Below, one piece after another: positions 26,452-37,960 of a stretch of DNA of 64,000 nt (positions are counted from its first letter, which is position 1; the number at the start of each line of letters is the position of its first letter). Position numbers and translations under genes: made by a program. Origin of the DNA: Eledone cirrhosa (taxonomy: Eukaryota). Location of the stretch: contig OZ024754.1 of assembly GCA_964016885.1 (NCBI GenBank), positions 29,636,001-29,700,000 of the forward strand. The letters run 5' to 3'. The notes beneath the pieces were generated by a model. The model ran no database searches. It was not told where the DNA came from and saw nothing but the letters and a program-made list of their open reading frames with translations.

Positions 26452-28226
26452 CGGTCCATCCGACAAGGGTGCCCTCTCTCCTCCCTTCTGTATGTGTTGA
26501 CTCTCGAGCCACTACTGCGGAAGTTGGAGTTGTTGCAGGGCATCCCTTTGGAACCGGGATTGCGGAAAGCGGTGTCGGCCTACGCCGATGACGTGACAGT
26601 AATGGTGTCGACGGCCTCCGAAATCGAGGCGGTCGGCACCTTACTGGAGGAGTACGAAAAGTTCACAGGGGCTAAGCTGAACCGGGACAAGTCGATCGGT
26701 TTGCAACTCGGCACGTGGAGGGGCAGACCGATGCCCTCCGATAGCGTCGTCGGACGCTGGACGGAGGGCCCGGTGAAGTTGCTCGGGGTCTGGTTCGGAC
26801 CGGACCTCCAGGTGGAGAAAAACTGGGCGGAGGTTACGAACAGGGTGTTTGCACTGACCCAGAAGTGGGCCAGTTGCAAACTATCCCTGAAAGGTCGGGC
26901 GGAGGTGGCGAACACCTACATAGCGTCCGTCATCTACTACCGCCTGACCGTAGTGCCCTGCCCAAGGGAAACCCTCACCAAGATGGAGCGCGCGCTCTTC
27001 CAATTCCTTTGGAAGAGGCGGGCTCCTATGGTGAGGAGATCCATCTGCTGTCAACACCCTTCGAAAGGAGGGCTGGGGATGCCGTGGCTAATGATGCGTA
27101 AACACGCATTAAGGCTACGGCACCTCTACGTATTCCTCACCGGACAACCGGTGTGGGCCTCGTTTGTGAGACGAACCTTTCCCAGACTCGTCTCACTCAC
27201 CGAGCTGCAATCCTGGGTCAAGCAAAGACCGAGAAAACTGGGCGCCTGGCACACTGAGTGTGCCCAGGCGCTCACCGCCCTCTGGCAGGCGGATCCGGTT
27301 GTCAGTGGAGACTCCACCGCAACATTCTATAGAGGGCTGGTACGCAGCAGGTGCGACGACGCCCTCGGAGAAGCCCTAGACATGGAGGAGGACGAACTGG
27401 CCAGCCTGTTCGGTAGGACATTCAGCCCGGGACCTATGGACAACTTCCAGAAGTCCCTGGCCTGGCAGTGCTACCGAGGGGCTTTACCCGTTCGAGAAAG
27501 GCTCTACAGACACGGGCGCCCGGGTAGGGACCCCGCCAAAAAGATCTGTCCCAGATGCGTGTGCGACGAGGAAACCGTTGCACACGCATTAGTACACTGC
27601 TCGGGCGTAGCCGATCTGTGGGGCTATGTCGAACAACTGCTGTCAAGGGTGGGACCGATCCGGTTGACCACCGAGTCTATTGTAATGATCAAGCCGCCTC
27701 CCCCCTTCAAATATGCAGCAGAGGCGGTGTTTCTGTGCGTAATAGCCATGGCGAAAGAGGTTGTATGGTGGACGCGTCTGAAAGGACTGAGGTCGGGCAC
27801 CTTTCTCTCTGGCCAACAACTGGTCCGTTTCTTCCGATATCATTTCGGAAGAAGGATCAGGATGGAGAGAGAGGTGCTGCACCCCAGCCGTTTCTATGAA
27901 AGATGGGTGAAAGTGGCGAGAATGGCCCCTGTGAATGGGCCTTCACTCTACATCAGACTATAGGTGAGGAAGATGAAAGACCAAGGGAGCACCCCTTCTC
28001 TGTGCTCCTGAGGAGAAGGGTTGCACACTTTTTTCGGGGGTGTGTGCGACCCCCCAAGGCGCCTCCTCTCTATTGAGGATTTTGTTAAAAATTTTATTTT
28101 TTGTTATATCTTATTTTATTTTTATATTTTGTTATTGCCTCCTCCTTATTGAGGACGCCTTTTTGTGTAAACTCCCCCCTTTGTACTTGTCCCACTTTTG
28201 ATGCCCTAGTGGCAAATAAAAGAAAT
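26451..28226 (+). mobile_element. Tx1/L1-clade LINE, 5'-truncated, ORF2 3' part intact
   Basis: SIRQGCPLS, AYADD and a zinc motif in an uninterrupted frame to 27963. (ATCT)n on both flanks. Confidence 0.95.
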
Positions 28227-28274
28227 ATATCTATCTATCTATCTATCTATATCTCTCTCTCTATATATATATAT

Positions 28275-28380
28275 ATAGGAAAAAGTATGACCCCGACGGC
28301 AGAGGTCAAGCCGTTTCGACGGCTATTTATAGCCGTCGAAATGGCTTGAGCTCTGCCGTCGGGGTCATACTTTTTCCTAT
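28275..28380. repeat. 106-bp hairpin with a 2-nt loop
   Basis: ataggaaaaagtatgaccccgacggc..ggctat TT atagcc..gtcatactttttcctat. A related single arm is at about 25905-25955. Confidence 0.92.
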
Positions 28381-29479
28381 TTCCCACTCTACTACCCTAA
28401 GTATTGAGTACTCTCGTGCGTTATGGTCCATCTGGTTTCTTACCACAATTCCTTTGTTATATATATGATGTGTGTGTGTGTAACGACGATGATGATGACA
28501 TTTAGAAATATATATATATATATATATATGCAACCACCATAATAGTCTTCAGCAACAGATATTTGACTATTTCCAAGAGACGTTATGTATGCATATATGT
28601 ATATATATATATGCAAACTCTACAGCAACATACATTTGCCTATCTATTTAGGCATCTTATACAGTATATTAATTAATATTTTTATTATCCATTAGAACAA
28701 AGTAGATATTAAGCAAGTCATTATGATCAGCGAATCTTATGTATGCATTTTAAGTAGTTAAACATTGATTATTTAAGTCAAGTCATTAAAACTGCAATGA
28801 ATAGCTATCTTAAACGGATCAGGTGTTTAAAAACTATGGTGTTCATAAATTGTCATACTTCCATTGAATGTAACCAATAAATTAAAATAATTTGTAATCT
28901 ATGGTTAGCTTTGGTTTGTAATCGTTGTACGTATATTATTCTGAACTGATAGTGTCCAATACAAAATACTATCAGGTAATCTATATATAAATTTCTGCGA
29001 TTCTATCACAACACGCAAAGAATGAGGAGTATTTTGACTACCTCATACTACTCCTCTCTCTTTACGCCTGCAGCCTGCGTGAATGTATGTGTGTAAAAGA
29101 GAGGAAGGGGGTGGTTAGAAAAAAAAACTATAGCAAAATTCGTTATTCGTTCCATTCGTTATGCTGTGTGTGTGTATGTGTTTGTGTGAATGTATGTGTG
29201 TGTATTTTTGTTTGTCTGTGTTTGCACGTATATATTTATATACTCATATATATAAATGTATGCATATGCACACACACACAATCACACACACACACGCATA
29301 CACATACGCGTCGGCGTCTTGAAAGAAAAATCCTAGTTGAATTAAGTTTGTAATGTTCCTTAGTTTCTATACCCGATAGCTTCTTTAAGAGATATTAAAG
29401 ATAAATTCCCTAGAACCAGTCAGTAACGGAGGCATTTCTTTGAATTTAGCTATGTCCTGGTGTGCAAGCTTTGTTTAAT

Positions 29480-29812
29480 TAGGTAAAAGCCAAACCCGCT
29501 ATCTCCTATCGATATTTGTGCCAACCCTTACATATGGTCACGAATCTTGGGTAATGACTGACAAAATATGGTCGCGAATGCAAGCAACCGAAATGGAATT
29601 CCCTCGAAGGGTCATTGGAGAAAGATTACTCGATAGAGTGCATAGCAAGGGGATTAGAGAGTTACTCCAGGTAGAGCCACTTCTCCAAATTGGGAGATAA
29701 CAGATCCGATACTATGGGAATGTGGCTAGAATGCCTCAGGAAAGAATCACTGGAGAGGTTTTATGAACAAAACCAAATGGCTGGAGACCCAGGGGTAAAC
29801 CCCGAGCAAGAT
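29480..29812 (+). pseudogene. RTE-clade LINE 3' fragment
   Basis: PTLTYGHESW, MQATEM.F.RR, IRE.L.V, G.V.RM, RPRG.P motifs, followed by (ATG)n. Confidence 0.85.
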
Positions 29813-29999
29813 GTCATGATGGTGATAATAATGATAATGATGTTGATGATGACGGCAATGAAGATGATGGTGGTGGTGGTGGTGGTGGTGGTGGTGATGA
29901 TGATGAATAGGATGATAATAACGCTATTGACGCTGACGAACGCGAACAAATGCTAAATTATTATGAGGGGGCTAGAGAAAAATCGCATTACAAACTATA

Positions 30000-30148
30000 T
30001 ATATTATACTCTTATTCCTACACTGTCCCTCAGTACATCTTGTGCTATATACTACGTAGTATATAGCATAAGATATACTGAGGGACAGTGTAGGAATAAG
30101 AATATAACATACATAGGTGAAACAGCTCGTAGGATAAGTGAACACGTA
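30000..30148 (+). pseudogene. Penelope GIY-YIG fragment with a 5' snap-back hairpin (30000-30111)
   Basis: VVYSIRYTEGQCRNKNITYIGETARRISEH matches the protein at 52775-52870. Zero-spacer palindrome centred at 30055/30056. Confidence 0.85.
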
Positions 30149-30164
30149 TAATGTATATACTTAT

Positions 30165-30556
30165 AATGTATATAGTGTATTTTGCAATACACTGTATGCT
30201 TAATTAAAAGCATTTCGAAGACCTTACGCTATTGTTTTAGAGTAGTAACAGTCTCACTTACTTTAATTTTCAGCAAACAGGGGAGATAAAGCTGACAAAG
30301 CTCTGTTTCGCACTTTTTGGTGCTTATCAAAGCTAACTACTCCGCCTGTTTGCTGAAAATTATGAATGTTGGATTCTTATAGAATTCCAGTAATAATCAG
30401 GAACTGATTATACAGAGTGGTTGCTGGTCAAGCAGAAATTGAAAATTAAGCATAGTGTAAGGTCTTCGAAATGCTTTTAATTAAGCATACAGTGTATTGC
30501 AAAATACACTGTATATACATTCATATATATATCGCTATTTCAGAGCACCAATTCTA
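30165..30556. mobile_element. Family H1 repeat with inverted partial copy (30453-30556)
   Basis: Homologous to 22235-22495 and 61625-61905. 30165-30230 is mirrored at 30453-30520. Confidence 0.8.
30290..30334 (-). ncRNA. Type I hammerhead ribozyme, U3-A8 core variant
   Basis: AGCT-TTGATAA-GCAC[caaaaa]GTGC-GAAAC-AGAGCTTT-GTC-AGCT. Helix I is extended by a 17-bp stem (30265-30282 / 30345-30361). Confidence 0.78.
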
Positions 30557-30741
30557 ATTTTCAATTTATGTAAAATTGAGAGAGAGAGAGAGTGAAAGAA
30601 AGCGTGGGATAATACACTGAAGGGAAAGGTAGTATCGCTATTTAATGTCCCAAACTATTATGAAATTAGTCAAGTTTATTACTACTGGAAACATGATTTA
30701 TTTTCATATGTATTCACTTGATTGTTTCCATTGTATATTAT

Positions 30742-30860
30742 TTGAGTTCAAATCCCGCCGAGGTAAACTTTGCCTTTCATCCGTACGGGGTCGATAACAT
30801 AAAGGACCAGTAATGTACTGGGTAATTGCTGGCCTTGTGCCAAAAAGTAGAAACAATTAT
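30742..30860 (+). mobile_element. SINE, 5'-truncated
   Basis: B-box through family tail. Confidence 0.88.
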
Positions 30861-31021
30861 TTAGTTTTAACATATTTTATTGTTGTTATTTTTGTTATTG
30901 TTTTGTTTGATTTTTTTAATTAAGTTTCACCAATCGCTGTCGATGCCAAGAGAAATAACCCGAATTAGATTACAAGTGCCATGGCATATTATTTGTTTAT
31001 GTATCACACAGTCCAAGGTGG

Positions 31022-31053
31022 TGATGATGATGATGATGATGATGATGATAATA

Positions 31054-31106
<53 letters not shown>

Positions 31107-31120
31107 AATGATAATGATAT
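31022..31120. repeat. (ATG)n microsatellite
   Basis: Read directly from sequence. Confidence 0.95.
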
Positions 31121-31161
31121 TGATTTCATTTATTAGCCACAAGGGATGACATGTAGGGGAC
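31121..31161 (-). mobile_element. 41-bp extreme 3' end of the Tx1 LINE
   Basis: Minus tcccctacatgtcatcccttgtggctaataaatgaaatca matches 1399-1438. Confidence 0.75.
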
Positions 31162-31169
31162 TATTAATG

Positions 31170-31365
31170 ATAATAATTGTTCCTACTTTTGGCACAAGGC
31201 CAGCAATTACCCCAGTGCATTACTGGTACTTTATTTTATCGACCCCGTCAGGATGAAAGGCAAAGTTAACCTCGGCAGGATTTGAACTCATATTGGAAAG
31301 GGCCGTAACTCTATGCGTCAAAGCATGGCGTCCGACCCTCTACTGATACTTCCAATTCACCACCC
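31170..31365 (-). mobile_element. tRNA-derived SINE, full length
   Basis: Family consensus on minus strand. Confidence 0.9.
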
Positions 31366-31859
31366 TCATGATAATAATGATAATAATGGCAATGATGATG
31401 ATTACGATGATAACAACAACAACAACATGTCGACAGGTGTATTATTTTAACAACAAACAGAGGAATAACAACAACAACACTAATAACAACAACAACACGA
31501 AAAATATTAAAAGAATGTGTAACTTTTCATGACTGTGAGTTTATGTGTTTGTCTCATAGATAATTTTCAGTTATAAGTAGCAGGTCTGTTTGTATACAGC
31601 GACAACACCTATCTTAGTCAGCAATTGCCAAGATATAATAAAAGTTGGAGAAATATAAACTGAAATGAGGAAGAAAGCTATAAAAAAAATATTTTTGGTA
31701 TCAAAATATTGGCAACAGGTTAGAAATTAGACGTGAAAAGCAATGGTGGTGCTTGGTGATTACATTCACAGCAGACTATTTTTGGCGCTTCTATTGTCGC
31801 TGATAATAAACATGGCATGGCAATAAAATTAGATTGCTACTCGGAAACTGTATTTTAAA

Positions 31860-31894
<35 letters not shown>

Positions 31895-32040
31895 GGTTGG
31901 TGAAGCCACGCTTCTTATCGCCTCCAGTCTTTTTCAACGTTTTACCTCTTTTTCAACCGTTCTAAACCTTTTATTCAAGTTTTAAATTTGATAAAAGTTT
32001 AGAAGAAGTGACCCACCTAATACAGGGGTTCACTAGTAAA

Positions 32041-32218
32041 TAATTGTTTCTACTTTAGGCACAAGGCCAGCAATTACCCAGTGCATTACTGGTACTTTAT
32101 TTTATCGACCCCGTAAGGATGAAAGGCAAAGTCAACCTTGGCGGGATTTGAACTCAGATCATAAAGGGACGTAACTATGCTGGAAAGCATGGCGTCCGAT
32201 CCTCTACCGATACTGCCA
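32041..32218 (-). mobile_element. SINE inserted in the putative LINE 5' UTR
   Basis: Near-identical to 11581-11770. Confidence 0.92.
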
Positions 32219-32291
32219 AATAGTACGACACCCCTTTACGGGGGTGTCGTATTCGTATTTGTGTAAAAATATTTTTTGAAAAATTTCAACA

Positions 32292-34240
32292 TGGATAACA
32301 CAAAAAAGAGAGAGAGCGCTGTCAGACAACACAGAGAGAGGGAGACTTTATCAGCATGTCAACAAGACAGCGTTCCAGCGGAGGTAAATATAAACGAAAA
32401 TACTACAAAGGAAAAAAGATTGTTACAGATTTAAAATTACCAAATATTTCTAATACAAACAACACCAAGAATAACACCAACAACATCACCAACAACAACA
32501 CCAAAAATAACAGCGGTAAAGTCGAGAACGACAATAACAAAAATAACAGCGGTAAGGTCGAGAACGACAATAACAAAAATAACAGCGGTAAGGTCGAGAA
32601 CGACAATAACAATGACAATAACAACAGCCACAACAACAATAATAGTAGGAACAGTATCAACAAAAACAACAATAATAACAACAGCCACAATAACAGTAAC
32701 AGCAGCAACAGCATCAACGAAAACAACACCAACAACTGTACCAGCGAAAAGAACAACAATGACACCGATACCTGTAATAGCGACCTCAGCACCACCAGTA
32801 AGACCAGTAGCGGCAGCAATAGTGGTGCTGCTGAAAAAGGGACCACTTCTTTTGCATGTGTCGCCTGAAATATCGAGACAGTGTTAGTCACAGAGGAGGA
32901 GATGGCAGTCGCAAGGGCCATGGTGACAAGAAGCGCAAATAGAGTTTCCCTGAAACCTCCACCCGATTTTTTCAAGGACCAGCAGCTACGAACGGTGACT
33001 TACCGCACCGTAAGCAAAATCTCACATCGAGTGGAGAGAGCCACGGAGGCTCAAATCTAAAAGGCCTTGGGGTGTGTCTGGGCACGCAAAACCCACATCA
33101 CCCGAGGCAGAAAGTACGCCACAGTAGACGTACTTTTCGCCACCCCCCAGGAAGCAAAGTTTCACTCTTTGGAAACCCTAAAGAGTGAAGAGTTAGTCTT
33201 GGTGCCCTCCTACTGCGGGCAGAAAATTGTGAGGGTCAAAGTGACCCAGGTCCTACCCGACGTGCCCATACCTTGGCTGGCCGCGTCTGTCCTTGCTGGA
33301 ATTGAGAACAGGGCGACCATGCTGCAAGTAGAACAAATAGGGAGAGAGAACTGGTCAGGTATAGGCATGCAAATGCTTATACAAACCGACCAGGAATGTA
33401 TCGAGGCTATCCCCGATATCATAGACTTTGAGGAAGGACTCCAACTCCCTATAAGTGTAGAAGGAAGACGGCCAAAATGTTATCTCTGTGGGTCGAAAGG
33501 TCACCTCAGGGCCTTTTGCCCGCAGAAGACACCGAAGAGGGCCCCCTCTCCTTCCAATACCTGGTTCGCTGCTACCAAGAGCAGGACAGGCAACAAACGA
33601 AGAAACCCTTTCCACGGTGAGTAGGAGGGCAACGTCCGTAGCACCCGTACCAAGGCCACGGATAACTAAAGCAGCATCATCAGTAGCGGCAACACCAATA
33701 GCTACATTTGAAATAGCTACACCAGCAACAACATTGCCGAAGAGGGCTCCACTACCACCACCAACAGCCGTGGAGCACATACCCCTCCCAGACGCCACAG
33801 AATCCGACATGGAGTTTGAGACGGTAGTGACGTGGCAAATAGTCTGCCACAAAAAACAAAAACGCAACACAAACACAACAAGACACACACACCAAACAGC
33901 AACAAGAATAAAACGGCAACAAAATGACCCCTCCCCCCCAAAAGTACACAGTCATAAACATAGCAAAAAAAGAACTCATAAAATATATAAAGCAGCACAC
34001 AGACATCACGGAAAAAACTACTACACCCCACCAACACCAAGAACTCTCCCGACAAACATAAGCATCATCGAAATCTCAATAGAACAATACAAACCTTTAA
34101 AACAAAAATTCCCCAACGCAGCTGGAGACTTCAGAGGGACGGTTACCAAGAGTATATACACTGACATCCTCTTGGAAACACCCATGACCAGCGAAAGGGA
34201 CGGTTCTACTGTCCCTTCACCACACGAACAAGGTAAGTGA
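32292..34240 (+). pseudogene. LINE ORF1 (gag-like), broken by stops and frameshifts
   Basis: Asn-rich N-terminus with 3x36-bp repeat (KNNSGKVENDNN), CYLCGSKGHLRAFC zinc knuckle, Pro/Thr-rich tail. Confidence 0.75.
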
Positions 34241-34272
34241 CCCTTTCTCATTTGCCCCGTTTCTCATCTAAC

Positions 34273-37200
34273 ATGGCTGTATTCAGAATAGGCAGTATAA
34301 ATGCACGTGGCCTGGGGTCATCTTGGAAGCAGGGTCACCTGCTCAATGACCTCAGGTCACTAAACATAGATGTGGTGGCCATCAGTGAAACCAGAATCTC
34401 CGAGGCACGGGCCTTCGCACCGATCTTCGGCGGCTACGATGTATACGCATCTCCCAGCCGTCCAGGATCGGGGGGAGGGGTTGCCGTCCTTTTTCGGAGA
34501 GGCTTGGATCTCACGATACGGGCCATCTTCCTGGACCCAGAAGGTAAGTCGGTGGTGCTGGACGTGACCGGCAGCGAAGGCAATGCTTTCAGGCTAGTAG
34601 CCGTCTACGCCCCAACAGGGGCAGGACGGCCAGATTTCTTCAGACGTCTAGAGACCTTTCTTGGAACGTCCCGCTCTTTAGTGTTAGTGAGCGACTGGAA
34701 CGGTATCTTGGATGCACGCTGGGATCGTGTGGGGCTAGTGGATAGGGGAGGAGGGTGCAAGAGCCTCACCAACCTGCTCAGACGTTTTGAACTGTCTGAC
34801 AGGTATCGACTGGATCACCCGAATGTGCCAATGTGGACATGGACAAACCGTATCGGGTCATCCAGATCGTATCTAGATAGGGTATTCTGCAGGGAACTAG
34901 ATAAGGCTAGTATAAGTTGTCCACAATTTAAAATAGTTGACTACACAGACCACAAATTTGTGATCTGTGAGATCGACATAGACAGACTTCATAGACAAGG
35001 GCGCGCAAGGCCTACAGAGACCGGATTAGCGTATTAGTTAAGCGGGCGTTGACGGGAGCGGTCGTCAACAACAGGTGGAGGTTCGCCCTGAAAAGGGCAA
35101 TTAAAGTAGAGTCGATTAAGTTTAGAAAAGGAGTAGTGATAGAGGAAATAGAGTAGAGGGAGAGCTAGTCAGAAAGCTAGAAGAGGCGTTTAGGACAGGC
35201 ATCGCAACCGACGTGCTTGCGGCGAGATTGGCACTCGACCAATTCTTCAACGCAAAACACGAAGGATGCGTTGTCAGAGCTAGAGCGCGTGCTCTGAAAC
35301 ACGAGGGGACAAAAGCCGTCCAATGGGCCCGGGTGGCAGAGGCGCGACGTGGCAATAAAGCCACAATTCAGTTTTTGTCTGACCAAAACGGGTGCGTGAT
35401 GCTCGAACCCGAGCGGATGTGTGAAGCTTTTCAGCAGCACTTTGCTGAACTGTTCGGGAGCGGCGGCGGCCCGGATCGGGGCATGGACTTCAGTCCATAC
35501 CTCGACGGACTGCCTCGGCACTCGACGACCGCAGCACAGTGTTGCGAAAAGCCAATAACAGCCGGTGAAATACGGGAAGCGATGGCTAACTGCACAAGAG
35601 GTAAATCGCCAGGTTTAGATGGTCTGCCCTACGAGCTTTATGCATTTATGCCAGACTTGTTCGGTGACTTCTTGGCAGACGTCTACTGCAACTGGCAGCA
35701 GAACGGGAGCATTCCCAGTTTTGTGAGCCGGGGAGCAGTGGCGCTGCTGAGAAAAGACCCGAACAAGGGGGATGTTATTGATAATTTCAGGCCCATAACC
35801 CTGCTAAACGCAGAGTTCAAGATTTTGGCCAAAGTGTTAGCAACGAGGTTGGCGCTTCTCGTCAAGGGTCTGGTGGGAGAGGCGCAGACATGCGCCATCC
35901 CGGACAGATCCATACACGACAACCGCCACCTCATGCGATACATCATAGAGAGAGTGGTTAAGGAACCTGGCAAGGGTGGGGTCTTGATCAACTTGGATCA
36001 ATCCAAGGCATTCGATAGAGTCGACCATCGGTACCTGGCGGCGGTCCTTGAGGCAGCCGGTTTCGGGCCTGTTTTTAGGCGTTGGATCGCAGCAATGTAC
36101 AGTGACATCTGCTCAGTTGTGAGGGTGAACGGTCACCTGTCGCAGCTGTTCAGCATCATGCGCTCAGTCCGCCAGGGTTGTCCCCTCTCGTCCCTCTTGT
36201 ACGTATTGGCTCTCGAGCCGTTACTGCACAAACTGGGGACGATGAGGGGCGTCTCACGCGAACTAGGATGCGGGAAATCCGAGTCGGCCTACGCTGACGA
36301 CGACACCGAGGTGGTGTCGAGCACCAGACACGTCCAGATGCTCGGCACCGCTCTCAAAGAATAGGAAGCGGTGACAGGAGCAAAGATAAACCAGGAAAAG
36401 TCGGTGGGCTTGCAGCTAGGCATCTGGAGAGGCAAGTCCATGCTGTCCGACAGCGTCGTGGGGCGTTGGACGGACGGACCGGTTAAATTGCTCGGGGTCT
36501 GGTTCGGACCGGACCTCCATATGGAGAAAAACTGGAACGAGGTGACGAGCAGGGTGGCCTCCCTCACCCAGAAATGGGCTGAGAGGAAACTGTCCCTGAA
36601 AGGCCGGGCGGAAGTGGCGAATGCGTACATCGCATCCGTCATCTGCTACCGCTTCACCGTCGTCCCTTGCTCCAGCCCAACTCTCACCAAAATGGAGCGC
36701 CTCCTCTTGCGCTTTTTGTGGAAGGGACGCGCTCCTATGGTCAGACGATCCATCTGCTGTCAACACCCGTTGCGTGGAGGACTGGGCATGCCATGGCTGA
36801 TGATGCGCAAACATGCGCTGAGGCTGCGACATCTCTGGTGCTTCCTTGATGGTGAACGGGTGTGGTCGCCGTTCGCCAGGCACATTTTCCCACAGCTCGT
36901 CTCCTTGACGGAGCTGCAGTCCTGGGTCAGAAAAAGACCGAGGGATAGCGCTTGGAAACTGGAATGTCTCCAGGCGCTCACTGCCCTCTCCCAGTTAGGC
37001 ACCAGTATCGGTAGAACATCCACCTCGGCGTTCTATAGAGGACTAGTGGAGGGGAAGAGCGACGACGTTCTCGGAGAGATCCTAGGCGTCGAAGAAGATC
37101 AGCTGCTTATCTCTTCCGGAGAACTTTCAGCCCGGGGCCTATGGATAACTTCCAAAAATCCCTGGCCTGGCAGTGCTACCGGGGAGCGCTACCGGTTCGA

Positions 37201-37653
37201 GAGAAGCTCTACAGGCACGGAAGTGCAGTCAGCCGAGCCTGTCCGAGATGCGCGCATAGCGACGAAACCGTTGTGCACGCACTCGTTCAGTGCCCGAGCA
37301 TTGCTGACTTGTGGAGCTATGTCGAATAGTTGCTGTCACGTGTGGGACTGATCCGGTTGTCGACTGAGTCCATTGTGCAGATAGTCTCGCCGTCTTCCTT
37401 TGAGGAGGAAGGGCAGGCGGTTTTCATCTGCCTGGTGGCCATGGCGAAAGAGATTGTGTGGTGGACAAGGTTAAAAGGATTAAAGACAAACACTTTCCTC
37501 TTCGGCGAATCCCTGATTAACTTTTTCAAGTTTCACTTGAAGAGGAAAATCAGGGTGGAGAGGCAGGTGCTGCTTTCTAGCAAGTTTGTTGAAAGGTGGG
37601 TGAATGTAGCGAGAATGGTCCGAGTGAACTCTGAATATACGTCTGTAGTTTGA
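34273..37653 (+). pseudogene. LINE ORF2 (APE endonuclease, reverse transcriptase, zinc motif), disrupted
   Basis: SINARGL, SET, VYAP, DWN, YLDR, TDH; KSPGLDG, FRPITLLN, LDQSKAFDRV, RQGCPLS, YADD. Stops at 36362 and 37327 plus frameshifts. Confidence 0.93.
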
Positions 37654-37960
37654 GAGATGGAAAAATTGAGAGAGGGCGCTTGCCCTGGTAGTCAGGGTGG
37701 CCGTGGTCTTTTGTGTGGTTTTCGCCACGAGTAACCCTCGGAGGTTTCCCCACTATTGGGGAATTTTTCATTGTTTCAATTTTCATTTTATTGTTTATAT
37801 ATATATATGTTTTATGTCTTTTTTCTTTTCTTATATAAATAATAAAAATATTTACACGCACAAAACCCACATCGTACCGTCCTGTTCCGTCTGTGATGTT
37901 TTTCTTGATGTCAGCCCTTGTAGCCAATAAAGAAATCATCATCATTATTATTATTATTAT

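Larger units (their letters stand above)
31894..37935 (+). mobile_element. Near full-length Tx1/L1-clade LINE (5' UTR, ORF1, ORF2, 3' UTR), inactivated
   Basis: ORF1 remnants with CCHC knuckle. ORF2 has APE, RT and zinc motif. AATAAA at about 37926. (ATT)n on both flanks. 5' boundary inferred from the microsatellite edge. Confidence 0.88.
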
